DNA from: Monocercomonoides exilis PA203
Taxonomy: Eukaryota > Protista > Preaxostyla
Direction of reading: 5' to 3'
Length of the DNA: 64,000 bases
Assembly (NCBI GenBank): GCA_001643675.2
Contig: LSRY02000070.1
Coordinates: 62,001-126,000 of the forward strand
In this document: piece after piece, positions 49,363 to 60,830 of the stretch
Numbering within the stretch: position 1 is the first letter of the stretch
How the letters are laid out: every line of letters begins with the position of its first letter
Position numbers and translations under genes: made by a program
Notes under the pieces: model-generated
Seen by the model: the letters and a program-made list of their open reading frames with translations, nothing else
Told to the model about the DNA's origin: nothing
Databases searched by the model: none

Positions 49363-52300
49363 TCAATATAAACTCAAATTTTCCTGATCGTTTTTGCTTT
49401 CTGAATCTCTAGTGAGTTCGCTTTCTCCACAGCAACCACTGTAGCATTCGACAGCATCTGTCATTGTCAGTACAGCAGCACCTGGAGGGAAGCGCTGGAT
49501 GAACTCGCGCTTCAGCAAAACTAAAGTGGGCCTTTGTAAGGCACACCCAAATAAGCAGCACTTGGCAACATTTTGCAATGAGAAAGCGCTTATTCTTTCA
49601 AAATTCGGTCTTTCTCCATTCACTATCTTCTGTCCTGCCATATCTGCCTCATACTCTCCAAACGGGATATCCAGAGTCAGGCACTCCCATAGCATCATCC
49701 CGATCGAGAATGCCACCGACTCCTTTGTTGCTCCCATCTTCTTGTTCATCAGAAGCTCAGGTGCCTTCCATCTCAAACATTCTTTTTTGTAATAATCATC
49801 CTCTTCAAACGCAGATGAGGGCAGAGAGTCTTCATCATCATCGCTGGTAGAAGTCACAACAGTTGACGAAGAGATGGAAGACGAGTCTGAATCATCATCT
49901 GATAAGAGGTCAGAGTGCATGACAATGCAGATGACCATATGCTCTGAAAACAAAACAATGTGGGGACTCAAACTTGATAATGTCTGAAGTGAATTTTCCA
50001 TTTCATCAAAGGAGTGGAGAGCTCCATTCGCAACCCAGAACAGGATTTGGGCAGCTGTCATCTCTCTCTCCTGAAGACTTCCAATCGCCATCTCCTTCTT
50101 GGCATTCCTTCCATGAAGCAGCATGAACAGCGAATCCCTCAGGTCCACAATCAGCTTTTCATGAGGCACCGAACATGCCATCGCATCCACCAGATTCGAC
50201 ATAGATGAGGTGGTTGGGCACAGATCTTCCCTTCGAACAAATGTTGAATCCGAATCAGTTGAACATGTTGAAGAAATGGATGGTGATGGAGTCTGCTTTC
50301 GAATTTCTTCTTCTTCAACCTTCTCCAATGCCCATTGTGGAATCTTGTCTGAGTCTTTTCCCAGGATGTATTCTGTGGAACCGCTCTCACTCAGTAAATG
50401 CTCTGATGACTCAGAGTGTCCCAAGCTTTTCTCAAACACTCTCTTCTTCATCCTCTCTTCATTTTTCTTCTCATCTTCCTTTTCTGCTCTCCTCCACTGC
50501 TCCTCAGGCGACATCTCCATTGCCACCATCTCAAATGCCTTCGGATCCTTTTTAATATTGTCTTCCACTATTATCTCCAATTCTTCTGTTCGTCTCTTTT
50601 GCTTTCTCCATCTCACAATAAAGGCTATTGCGACGATGAGAACAATCAATAATATCACAACAAGAACAATCACAATCAACAACCAATAGGATTTTTCTTC
50701 TTTTCCTCCTTCAACCACTTTATCATTTCCTGTCTTTGGTTCTGTTTTGTTCTTCAGAATCTGTGGAAAAGTCGAAGCCAATTGTTTTCCAAACAAAATC
50801 ATCACTGACACCTCTGTTTCATCTGCAATCGTTGAAATATTTTCTGATGGAATTCTTCCTATCACCTCAGTTTCTGAAACAAAACTGTCTTCCTCAAATG
50901 GATATGTCTCAACCAACTCCGCATCCCCTGTTTTGAATACAAGTCTGAATGACAAGTCACAAGGCACAAAAAGAGATCCCTTGAATTTCATAACAATATT
51001 GTTTCCATTTTCGATGAGAGATGCCTCTTTGAGCTTTGGAATGAAAAATGGAGATGACCTTTCTCCTGCTATCCCTCTCAAATCACATCTATCATTCAAA
51101 ATCCAAAGAGAAGAATTTGGCATCACTCCATCTCCGCCTTTCAAGCTGGAAATGGTCAGTGACGCTGAATCTGAACAAATGATGTTTCTCCGAGCTGAGG
51201 GATATTTTTCAATGAATGGATTGTTGTTCAAAAACTCTCCTTTCTCGATTGTCACATCTCCAGATGACAATGATAATCCGCCCGATGAAGAATTCAAAAT
51301 AATCACATCCTTCATTACCAACGAAGAATTTGCTGAATGAACAAGAGACCCATTCCATTGACAGATATCTTCAAAATCATTATTTCTCTCTTTTCCCACT
51401 TCTTTTATTTGCACTCCAATAAATTGACACGAATCCATAAAAATATCCCTTGTGCAATGCAATTCAGCAATGCTTCCTTTATCAGAGAGAGAATTGCAAT
51501 AAGAACAGGAACAGTTTGAAAGTGTTGTTTGAGCAGAAGTCGAACAAACAGAGAGAACAGAAGATCCTTCTGAATTCCTTGAGCAGTTGTTGAATGAGGA
51601 ACTTCCAATTGAAATAGAACTTGAAGAAGAATCATTTATCGTAATTACGCAACCTTCAGAAATTTTCACTCCATCTGCACATACTCCATTTAATACAACA
51701 CTCTCACATTGTCCAATCTCAAATACATCTGTTGTTGTTTCAATTTGTTCCAGTTTCACATTCATCAATGAAATCTCATCTCCGCAAAACAGAAACGTTG
51801 ATTTCTTGAATGAAAGGAATGTTATTGTGCAGTTGTCAACATGCACAATTCCATATTCGATGCTCAGCAATGTTGAGTTTAGAATAACAGCTTCAATGTT
51901 TTCTGATGCAAATGTCGAAGAAAAATCAACAAATGAAAGAGAGAGCTGGCCTTTTGTTTCATGGATAAGAGAACCGCCTGAATAGGAAAATGACTGATCA
52001 AAATTGTATTTCAATCTTTCAATCCGAACAATCCCTGTTGTTGTGATGATGTTTCCCACATCCCCATCAATTGTTGAGTTCAGATACACAAAAGCAGCTG
52101 AAGGAGATTCCAATGAGTGAATGCTAACATTCTGCACACTGCATTCTCCGTTGATGATTGTTTGCTCTGATATCAACAGCTGCGAATAGCGTGAAGGGAT
52201 GATGTGTTGCGCCCCAACATCCAATGACTCACAAGGAAAATGAAACTCTCCACATTGCTTGCTGTCTTCCGAGTTTTCATCAACAGAAGATACAAATATA

Positions 52301-55300
52301 GTCTCGCTCTGGTATCTTACGACTCTCAGCAGAAGATCTTCTTCTCCCACAAACAATTCCGATGTGCATCCCCATATCGCCAGCTCTTTCACAAATGGTG
52401 CTCTGAAATCCAAAAGGAATTGCTCTTCAACAATTTGTGAATCGATTGAGTGGCATCTCACATACACGTCTCTCCCTCTGAATGCAGAATTGCCTCTGAA
52501 TGTGACATTCGACAAAACAAAGTTCGGTGGATATTTAGCTGTTGAAGTGCATTCCAAAAACAGCCACCCGCCTCTTCCTGTGGTTGAGCAGAAGCACTCA
52601 GAAATCGTGCAAAACGAGCAGTCGAAGCTTCCTCCCTCGTTCAACACATTAAACATCCCTCCTCCCTTTCCACACTTCAACCCTCCACATTTCTTCATCG
52701 TTGTGTTTCGAATCGCAAATTTCAACGGTTCATCATTTTCATTTCGAATGATCGAGATGTTTTCTGTTGTATCTTGAGTGACTTCTTCAAATAAACTCCG
52801 CTCAATAACAATGTTTTGTTCTCCTTCATTGCTCCCTCTCTTCTCTCCAGCTGATCCCTTTGATATCCTCAATCCACTTGCTCCCTCCAGGTCAACCTTC
52901 TTCATCGTCAGGTTTTTCGTATTCAAAATCGTTGTTGACAAAACAGAAATAACATCCTGTGAAAAGCTCAACAATTGCATTGTCACCAATTCCAGCACAA
53001 CTGTGCCTCCATCTGCTCTGATCAGCCCAAAGTTGATCATGTCTTCTCCGCTTTCTTCCATTTTAGTGAATGAACAGTCTTTCACAGTCAATGATCCATT
53101 GCTTGATCCAACATGCATCAAAACATTAACTCCACTTGTGAATGAAGAAGGAATCACAAAGTTCATCTGTTCGAAATTGGTAATGCCCTGAATCTTCATT
53201 GCTTCTTCCTCTGTTCCTTCAAGTGATGAGCGATATTCAAATGAACACATTTCTTCATCATTTGATTTTATTGAAACTCCGCTGATATCAACACATTTTT
53301 GGAGTATTCCTTTCCCAATGATGCTGATAATCCTTTCATTTCCTTCGGCCAACCGATCCAATGAATAATCAATTGACAGACAAGGATAATCTGAGAATCC
53401 ACAGGCACCCATATCTTTTCCTTCACCTCCAACAAATATCTCTAAGTCAAGTGAGATCCAGAAATAAACCAGTGGAATGGCATTCGTTGTATCATTTCCA
53501 TCAAAGCCTCTCATTGAATCCAACGAAATATCATTTAAATGCTCAGATACAAATGGAAGTGAGTCATTTGTAATGCTGTTTGTTAAGTTGAATGACTCAA
53601 CAAATAGATCATTTCCATATTTCGCAGTATTTGGTTTTTCCAAATCAAAAACAGGGGACGATTTCACAAATGAAGAATATTCATCAATCAACTTTAGTGC
53701 AATCCCTCCACCAAAACCAATTTTCCGTTCTTCTGCTGGTGCTGTGCATCCTGTGAATGTGCACGAAACAATATTCATTTGAATATTCCCTTTCAGCTGA
53801 GCATTGATAGCCCCTCCTCTGCTTTCATCAGCCAATACAGAGCATCCATCAAAATCACATTCTTCAATATTTATTTGTGTGTTCGTATTTTCATCGTCGC
53901 TGTTGTCTATGCTCACACAGCCTCCATTTCCAGCTGTCCTTTCGATTTCTGTGAAATTGCTCTTCGTCATATTCAGCCATTTGGTGTTCAAAAACTCGCT
54001 ATTTGTTCCGCTTCCTGTCAACGAGATCAGCGGATTTCTCCTCAAATAAATCGATGAAGCTGAGAATTTGTCGATTATCAGGATCCCTGTCTCAACTGAT
54101 AAGAATAAAAATGTCAATTCTGATGAAGGTTTTTGAAGAGAAAGAGAACATTGAGACAGAGTCACTTGAGAAGAAGAAGATAAAATAAAAATGGAGCGAA
54201 GAGAAAGGGATGATGGAAGAGAGAAGATAAGTGCTGATAATTCTGTTTCAGTACTGACTGTTATCATTACCGAGTTTGATGTTTCACTTTCATCAAATAC
54301 TGTCCAACCACTCTGTTCATCATTTCCTCGGATTTCATGCTTCTGTTCAGCAAATGACAATTCATCGCTTATCTGAATCATTCCACTCACAACAACTTTC
54401 TTTTCTCCTGTTAATCGTGCGAGTGAATGCATCAATGAAAGACAAGGGAATTGGACGATTCCACAATGTGAGTGATCAGATGCCTCGATATTGCTCACAT
54501 ATATTTCTTCTGGAGTAGGAATGAGATAGATGCACAGAGGGATAGCCACAGTTGTATTTCCATTGTCATATCCCTGCACTTTGTCAAAAGAATCCAAAGA
54601 AGCTGCTACGCATTGAATCTTTTGCGATTTTGCAGTCACTTCCAGATTGGGCGATAAAACGAAGATGTCTCTGCCCCACTTGGCTGTGTTTGTGCCAAAG
54701 GAAGAGGAGATCAAGAAATCTGGATTTTCATTCAATAATCGAAGAAGAATTCCTCCTCCAAGACCATTGGTCGTTGAGCAAAAGCATCCATCAAAAGATC
54801 CGCCTTTCACTTTCACTTCATTTTCATTCCCTGCACATAGTGTCATAGAGCCTCCATTATCAGATGTTCTGCTTCCACATCCTTCAAAAGCGCTCAAATT
54901 CAGATTCATGTTCATCTTACCATTCGAAAACGACATCACAGCTGCTCCGCTCGTTGTTCTTTCTATTCCGCTGAATGAACAGTCTGAAAGTGCCAGTGAA
55001 ATCTCATTTGTTGAAGAAATCGAAAACAATGAAGTTGAAGAAATTGTCTTTGCCCAATTCACATGTTCCATCTGCAACATCCCATTCTGCACATTAATCA
55101 GTTCTGTCAAAAAAGCTGTTTCTGTTGATTGCTCACTTCCAGCAGATATGTTCAGTCTGCTGATCCTCATCTCTCCTGCTCCAGTTATCTCAAATAGCTT
55201 TGAATGACGATTATTTGGATCTATCGAATTATGCACGATGTCAAAGTTGCTGATGGATAATACGCCAATTGAAACACAAAAAAGATATGCTTCTTTCTGA

Positions 55301-57153
55301 TTAAGGAAATTGATTTGCACAACCGACGAAGTTTCTTCACTTCCACATATATTCAAATGGTAATCTCCTATATTCACTCCTTCTCTTGTGATCAATAAAG
55401 AATCTATTATTTTTATCTTCCAATTATTTAATGGAAGCGTGTGGTTTACTGCACTTTCAAGCGTCATGCACGGATTTGATTCTTTCAATCCACAAACAGG
55501 TGATATATCTGTTCCTAAAGAAGAGACAAATCGTATTGTTCCTTTCCATGTGGCAAGCCAGTTATCATATTCGGTTAGTTGATTGTTATAAAATATTCTA
55601 TTAGAATCTGTGGTTGAAAAAGAGCTTTCAAAAGGAGATTGAACAAAAGAATTTCCAGTGAAATAGCAATCATTGCCTCTGAGATTATCTGCCAAATTCT
55701 CACTAAAAAAGCAAAAACATATAAAAATTCTGCTCGATTCACTTGACATCCACGGTTGCGAATATATAATGATTCCTCCTCCACCTTCTTGAGGCTGAGT
55801 TCCGTGGGCTTTATTTCTCACATAAAGATTGTTTGATATTTTCAAATGGTTTGTTGAATAAGGAACATATGTTCCTCCACCAATATTTGCTTCGTTTTCT
55901 TCAAAGTAGTTATCTTGAACAAGTTCTTTGGTTACCGCTGGTGAAGGTTCGCATCGAACAGCGCCTGCATATGTACCTGATGCGGAGCATTTAATAAAAC
56001 GGCAACCTTTAACGGTATATCCTACTGTAATTTGAAATATGAGTATTGAACCAGTGTTGAGTACAGAATGACAAAATGTTGAATTACTATCTGTGACATT
56101 TGTGAACCCAGTAAATTGTGTATCAACACACGTGTGATGATACGATTCAAGGTTGGTAAATGTGCATCGAAGGATTGTAACGCTGTTCCCTTCTCCTCTA
56201 AGAACAACACCTGCTGAGTTTATTGAGGAATGGTTTGCATTTTTCCATTCGCAATCTGTGAAAGATGAAGTCTCATTCACTTCAATTCTTTGCATTTCTT
56301 TGTTTCCAGCAATATCACCATTATCTGAAGTAGAACAAGAGCAAAACGATGAATTACTCGTTGAAAATATTGATTGCAAATTAAGCGATGGAGCGATTCT
56401 TCCATATATCGGATCAGAAACTGATGAAAATAAACACCCTTGAATATTCACACAGTTTAGTGAAAAAGCTTGATGTCCACTGCATAAATTCTCTCTCGAA
56501 GTGAAATTATTAAAAGATGTGTGCTGAATAGAGATTGAGGATAAGGTTGATGATAAGAGAAATGGATTTGAGCTGACTTCATATCCTTCAAAAATTGAAT
56601 TGCTCAAGCAAATATATCCTCCTTTAAGGAAAGAATTTTCAGAGGTTATTAAAATTAATGAAGAAAACATTGATCTTTCACTAGAAACTTTTAAAGAAAT
56701 ATTGTGAAGATTTAGTTTTCCATCGCTCAAAATAAAGAAATTGATTTCACTTGTTGCAAACGAGCATAAAGAACATGAAATTGCGGACATTTCTGTTTGC
56801 TCGCTTATTGAAAAGCAAACTTCATTTTTTCGTTTGAAAATTGAAATAAGGTCAACATTCAATGTTACGTTTGCACTTTTGCAACTTGCTTCCCATGTTG
56901 TTTCGTAATTTGAAGAAGCATTTTTTGCAATCAATTTTTTTCCGCATATATAATTTAAGCTATTCTTCATTCCTTGATATTTGAAAGGATTAAGGCAAAA
57001 CGATAGATTATCGTTATCTTGAGCAAATAAATGTGGAATTTTTGAATCTCTATTATGTGCGTCACGTGAAAAATCGACATTCGAGTTATACTGTGCTTCT
57101 GTTATTATTGAAACAAATAATAGGTGAGCAACAAAAATTGTTAACTTTCTCAT
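49363..57153 (-). CDS. Receptor-like type-I membrane protein (~2,596 aa), intronless: signal peptide, beta-helix modules, TM, acidic Ser-rich linker, pseudokinase C-lobe
   Basis: ATG at 57153 gives MRKLTIFVAHLLFVSIITEAQ; four D..CG....PC motifs; TM YWLLIVIVLVVILLIVLIVAIAFIV-RWRK; LRWKAPE, AFSIGMMLWECLT, QRP present without HRD or DFG; juxtamembrane block homologous to the 14146..20826 protein. Confidence 0.88.
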   Translation of the reverse strand: MRKLTIFVAHLLFVSIITEAQYNSNVDFSRDAHNRDSKIPHLFAQDNDNLSFCLNPFKYQGMKNSLNYICGKKLIAKNASSNYETTWEASCKSANVTLNVDLISIFKRKNEVCFSISEQTEMSAISCSLCSFATSEINFFILSDGKLNLHNISLKVSSERSMFSSLILITSENSFLKGGYICLSNSIFEGYEVSSNPFLLSSTLSSISIQHTSFNNFTSRENLCSGHQAFSLNCVNIQGCLFSSVSDPIYGRIAPSLNLQSIFSTSNSSFCSCSTSDNGDIAGNKEMQRIEVNETSSFTDCEWKNANHSSINSAGVVLRGEGNSVTILRCTFTNLESYHHTCVDTQFTGFTNVTDSNSTFCHSVLNTGSILIFQITVGYTVKGCRFIKCSASGTYAGAVRCEPSPAVTKELVQDNYFEENEANIGGGTYVPYSTNHLKISNNLYVRNKAHGTQPQEGGGGIIIYSQPWMSSESSRIFICFCFFSENLADNLRGNDCYFTGNSFVQSPFESSFSTTDSNRIFYNNQLTEYDNWLATWKGTIRFVSSLGTDISPVCGLKESNPCMTLESAVNHTLPLNNWKIKIIDSLLITREGVNIGDYHLNICGSEETSSVVQINFLNQKEAYLFCVSIGVLSISNFDIVHNSIDPNNRHSKLFEITGAGEMRISRLNISAGSEQSTETAFLTELINVQNGMLQMEHVNWAKTISSTSLFSISSTNEISLALSDCSFSGIERTTSGAAVMSFSNGKMNMNLNLSAFEGCGSRTSDNGGSMTLCAGNENEVKVKGGSFDGCFCSTTNGLGGGILLRLLNENPDFLISSSFGTNTAKWGRDIFVLSPNLEVTAKSQKIQCVAASLDSFDKVQGYDNGNTTVAIPLCIYLIPTPEEIYVSNIEASDHSHCGIVQFPCLSLMHSLARLTGEKKVVVSGMIQISDELSFAEQKHEIRGNDEQSGWTVFDESETSNSVMITVSTETELSALIFSLPSSLSLRSIFILSSSSQVTLSQCSLSLQKPSSELTFLFLSVETGILIIDKFSASSIYLRRNPLISLTGSGTNSEFLNTKWLNMTKSNFTEIERTAGNGGCVSIDNSDDENTNTQINIEECDFDGCSVLADESRGGAINAQLKGNIQMNIVSCTFTGCTAPAEERKIGFGGGIALKLIDEYSSFVKSSPVFDLEKPNTAKYGNDLFVESFNLTNSITNDSLPFVSEHLNDISLDSMRGFDGNDTTNAIPLVYFWISLDLEIFVGGEGKDMGACGFSDYPCLSIDYSLDRLAEGNERIISIIGKGILQKCVDISGVSIKSNDEEMCSFEYRSSLEGTEEEAMKIQGITNFEQMNFVIPSSFTSGVNVLMHVGSSNGSLTVKDCSFTKMEESGEDMINFGLIRADGGTVVLELVTMQLLSFSQDVISVLSTTILNTKNLTMKKVDLEGASGLRISKGSAGEKRGSNEGEQNIVIERSLFEEVTQDTTENISIIRNENDEPLKFAIRNTTMKKCGGLKCGKGGGMFNVLNEGGSFDCSFCTISECFCSTTGRGGWLFLECTSTAKYPPNFVLSNVTFRGNSAFRGRDVYVRCHSIDSQIVEEQFLLDFRAPFVKELAIWGCTSELFVGEEDLLLRVVRYQSETIFVSSVDENSEDSKQCGEFHFPCESLDVGAQHIIPSRYSQLLISEQTIINGECSVQNVSIHSLESPSAAFVYLNSTIDGDVGNIITTTGIVRIERLKYNFDQSFSYSGGSLIHETKGQLSLSFVDFSSTFASENIEAVILNSTLLSIEYGIVHVDNCTITFLSFKKSTFLFCGDEISLMNVKLEQIETTTDVFEIGQCESVVLNGVCADGVKISEGCVITINDSSSSSISIGSSSFNNCSRNSEGSSVLSVCSTSAQTTLSNCSCSYCNSLSDKGSIAELHCTRDIFMDSCQFIGVQIKEVGKERNNDFEDICQWNGSLVHSANSSLVMKDVIILNSSSGGLSLSSGDVTIEKGEFLNNNPFIEKYPSARRNIICSDSASLTISSLKGGDGVMPNSSLWILNDRCDLRGIAGERSSPFFIPKLKEASLIENGNNIVMKFKGSLFVPCDLSFRLVFKTGDAELVETYPFEEDSFVSETEVIGRIPSENISTIADETEVSVMILFGKQLASTFPQILKNKTEPKTGNDKVVEGGKEEKSYWLLIVIVLVVILLIVLIVAIAFIVRWRKQKRRTEELEIIVEDNIKKDPKAFEMVAMEMSPEEQWRRAEKEDEKKNEERMKKRVFEKSLGHSESSEHLLSESGSTEYILGKDSDKIPQWALEKVEEEEIRKQTPSPSISSTCSTDSDSTFVRREDLCPTTSSMSNLVDAMACSVPHEKLIVDLRDSLFMLLHGRNAKKEMAIGSLQEREMTAAQILFWVANGALHSFDEMENSLQTLSSLSPHIVLFSEHMVICIVMHSDLLSDDDSDSSSISSSTVVTSTSDDDEDSLPSSAFEEDDYYKKECLRWKAPELLMNKKMGATKESVAFSIGMMLWECLTLDIPFGEYEADMAGQKIVNGERPNFERISAFSLQNVAKCCLFGCALQRPTLVLLKREFIQRFPPGAAVLTMTDAVECYSGCCGESELTRDSESKNDQENLSLY

Positions 57154-57829
57154 CGTTTCAAATATTATTGTGGGAATTTTTCTGATATCTGCCTTAATGA
57201 AAAATATCACACCAACAGCAATTTAAAATAAAAATTTTGCATTAGAATCAAAAATTCGTTTTCAACGAACAAATATTATTGAAATTTAATACAAAGTGCA
57301 ACAGATTCAATGTTTTGGTGAAAATAATGATTTTTTTCGTCAAAGAAGCGTTTTTTATTGCATTCTTTCATAACTATTTTTGAAAATTTAAATTTGAGAA
57401 CATTAATTACCCTTTTGAATCATTGGAGGCGCATCAGTTTTGAATGAACTTTTCATTCATTTTTCGAATATTGAAGAACTTGTATTCTATCTTGTTTATG
57501 CAGTTTGTTCAAATTAATTTCAGTATTTATTTTAGAGGAGGGAAAAAGAATAGATCATACTTATATGGAGCAAAATATTTACATTTATGAAAAACACAAC
57601 GATTCGTTCCTAACTTACTCTTCATCGTATCGTAATAAGTCTAACATTCCCATTCATAATAACGAAGAAAGAAAAATGAGAAAAATATTTGAAAAAATTG
57701 AGTGGAACATTATTCGTTATGCGAAAAAATTTTTCCCATTTTTCAAACTTTTTTCTAACAAAATCTTTAATTTTTGAATAGTTTGTTTGGATAGAATATG
57801 AACATCTCAAAAAAATTTTGCCAAAACCG

Positions 57830-57901
57830 GCGGTAGTAGTATAGTGGTTAGTACTTCACGTTGTGGCCGTGATAACCTGGGCTCGAATCCCAGCTACCGC
57901 A
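57830..57901 (+). tRNA. trnH-GTG: tRNA-His (GTG)
   Basis: Acceptor GCGGTAG/CTACCGC, D arm GTAT/GTAC, anticodon arm TCACG-TTGTGGC-CGTGA, T arm CTGGG-CTCGAAT-CCCAG, discriminator A. Confidence 0.95.
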
Positions 57902-57906
57902 CTTTC

Positions 57907-57911
57907 TTTTT
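57907..57911 (+). terminator. RNA Pol III T-run terminator of tRNA-His
   Basis: T5 six nt after the discriminator, with a T6 run just downstream. Confidence 0.65.
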
Positions 57912-58185
57912 AACTTTTTTACTCACACGTCATTTTTAAAAAGTGATTATTTTGGGAAAGATTTCGATTAATACATGGAGGAGCGGGAAAATTCATCACA
58001 ATTTTTTTCTTTTTCACATTATCTTCATATTATGGGAATTTTCAAAAATCTTTAAAAATTCTTGAAATAATTATTTTTCTATTTATCTTCAAATAACAAT
58101 ATAAAATATTAGCTTTGCATATTTCTTCAGAGTTTAATTAATAGATTTTCTGAAGCAGAAACCTTTTACAAAGAATCATTTTATC

Positions 58186-58188
<3 letters not shown>

Positions 58189-58221
<33 letters not shown>
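58189..58221 (+). repeat. Genomic poly(A) tract (33 A)
   Basis: Seen directly. Confidence 0.9.
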
Positions 58222-58223
<2 letters not shown>

Positions 58224-58738
58224 CGACACAATTATTAAAATTTGTTCATTAATTGAGCAACATGCGTCAATGTATCATCGTATAAATTATCATCGTTTAA
58301 TTTTCATTATTCGCTGTGTTATTTGACTAATTTACAAAAAAAAGAATGGAAATAAAAAAGCAAATATTTACAAATCACTCTAATTTTTATTTTTGTGACT
58401 CTTCTTTCGATAACAGCCAACAGAGAGAGATAAAAATGGAGAGAATGAAGGAGAAAGAGGGAGAGAAAGAACAAAACAAAACAAAACAAAACAAAACAAA
58501 ACAAAACAAAAGAAAAGAAAAAAAGAAAAAAAGAAAAAAAGAAAAAAGATAAATGAAAAGAAAACAATTTCTTCAACAAAAAAAAGAATTGTTTTGCTCT
58601 AATATTAAAAAAGCATTAATTCAGCAAGAAAGCAACAATCCAAATATTAAAATATTTGGAGGTCTTTTTGATATACAAATAACTCTCATTTCCTCAATCA
58701 TCCACAAATTAATCTGAAAATTTCAAAGAAAAGGAAAT

Positions 58739-60173
58739 TCAATAACGCCTTTTAATAAAATGCATTATTTCATGAATGCTTATCATGATATCTTCGTGCC
58801 CTTCTTCTTCCATTATTTCAAACATCTTCCTTTTCATCATCATCCTCTTTGCTTCATCCATTTTGCTTTTCATCTTTTCTTTCAATTGACTTGAAATCTC
58901 GTTTAAGAATGCCAAGCATTCACCTGCCACTTTGTAAATCAATGTGGGTTGATGCATCCCCTCCAAAAATGCATAAATGACTCCGCTTTTCATTATGTCA
59001 TCAACTTTCATTGCTCCACTTATCCATAAATTATTCAAAATAGCCAAACAAGAACGAAATATTCCAATTTCAATTCCTCTTGCCGTTCTGCAAACATCAA
59101 CAATGCAACAGACTATTCTAATATTTTCCTTATTCCACAACTTGCAAGAGTCCAAATAATATTCCAACAAATCGATCCATCCCCTTATATTCGCAACTTC
59201 GTTCGCGTCTTTTCTTCTATCTTTTCCTTTCTTCTTCCAGTCCATGTTCTTCAACAACCCTTCCAATTCTCTTTTTGCCTCTCTTGCAAAATGCAATTCG
59301 TCCTTAATAACTTTTTCCAAGGTTCCATCTCTGCGATACATTCTAATCAAGAAAAGCCAAACAGATTGATAGGCAAGCTGTGTCAGATTGTGATGCTCCT
59401 GATGATATTGGATTATTTCTTTGATCTCAATCAAATATAGATCTTTTTGAATTTTCTATTCAATGCACATATTCACTAATTTAAACAAAATTTGTAGGGC
59501 AGAAAAAAATTCAAACCTTTGAAACATATATGCGACGCAAAGTCAGCAACTGAAGCTCAACTTCTTTTTGCGCTTCATTGATTCTCACTTTCTTCATTGC
59601 AGCATTCAGGACGCAAGACAAACAAATGTGCAGCAATTTATCAACAATATTATTGTTAGATAACATAAGATAGCACGTGCAAAGATCAATCAATAGTGTT
59701 TCATTTTCATTTTCTTTTGCCTTCTTCTCATCTTTAATCATCTTTTCAAAACTTGTGCAAAGCAAAGAATCATTAAAGCCCTCAGTATTAGCATATTTCA
59801 ATTCTTTCCAATAACCAATATGTTTCAGGATAAAAAACTGATTTTCCATTGAAAGTTTCTTTCTTTTTGTCATTTCGGCCATTCTGTTGAACAGTTCCTT
59901 TGTAAAAACAGTTTTGAATTCTACACTATTCATATCTTCCATTAATGAATTAAGTTCATCAATTTTAACTTTCTGCTTATCCCCTTTACGACGTTCTAGT
60001 TCAGAAAACAATTCTACAAAAAAAAAACAATTAAAAAACAATTCAATCAACAAGAAATCATGCAATAACAAGTGGACACCATTGAACTTTTTTGTGTTGT
60101 TCGTAACCTGTATTTTTACAAATTTATTACATCCACAATCCAGTATTATTTTTATCATTTGTTTTGAAAGCAT
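58739..60173 (-). CDS. Helical orphan family paralog 4 (~435 aa, slightly truncated); join(60173..60080,60013..59517,59455..58739)
   Basis: Same motifs and introns. The position matching paralog 2's ATG is ATA, and the family C-terminus (SLKFSD) lies after a premature TGA. Confidence 0.8.
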
Positions 60174-60189
60174 ATATGTTTTAATGGAA

Positions 60190-60830
60190 AAATTGGTGCA
60201 AAAATAAAACTCAAAATAACAAAGATATAACTGGGGTTATACCAAATCATATAGAGTTTCTATATATGACATGATATTACAAAGAGAAAGAACACTTTTT
60301 TCTTTCTTATTTAATTGTAATGGTTTCCAAGATCTATTTGTTTGATTCGAAAGAGTTATCAATTGGATAGATGAGAAATAGGTGAGTAAATATTTTCTGC
60401 AAAATAGACGATATTATTTTATATGGTGGAACAAGGAAGCACCAGCGAGGCATTGATGATGGAATTGGGCGAGATATTTTTTATGAAAAGAATCTTTGAA
60501 GGAAATGCAATTTCCGAACTGTTGAATATGACAGTTGGATATTTGTGCTTTTTATTGTTTAATTCAACACAAAGATATTTCCATGCAACATTTTGAAGTC
60601 AGAGGGTCAGACGAATAATTTTAATAAAGAAAATAATTCATTATGAATCTGAAAATCAAGAAAGAAATTAAACAAAGTGTTTAATTTGTTTCAGCAATTA
60701 TTATCGCTTTGCAAGATGAACAGATAATGAACAAGGATTTGTTTGGATGAAGAAAAAGTGAAAAGATGAGCGCAAGAGAACTCCGGAAGCTGTTTTTAGA
60801 GAATTTGAATGTAATACGAAAAGAGATGTG
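60190..60830 (+). mobile_element. Possible decayed reverse-transcriptase relic (DIRS/LTR-like), copy A, divergent from paralog 4
   Basis: With frameshifts: DITG..YQI (~60224), RVINWIDEK, IDDIILYG (60404-60427), KCNF (~60503), KMSARELRKLFLENLNVIR (60763-60819), in RT order. Confidence 0.4.
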
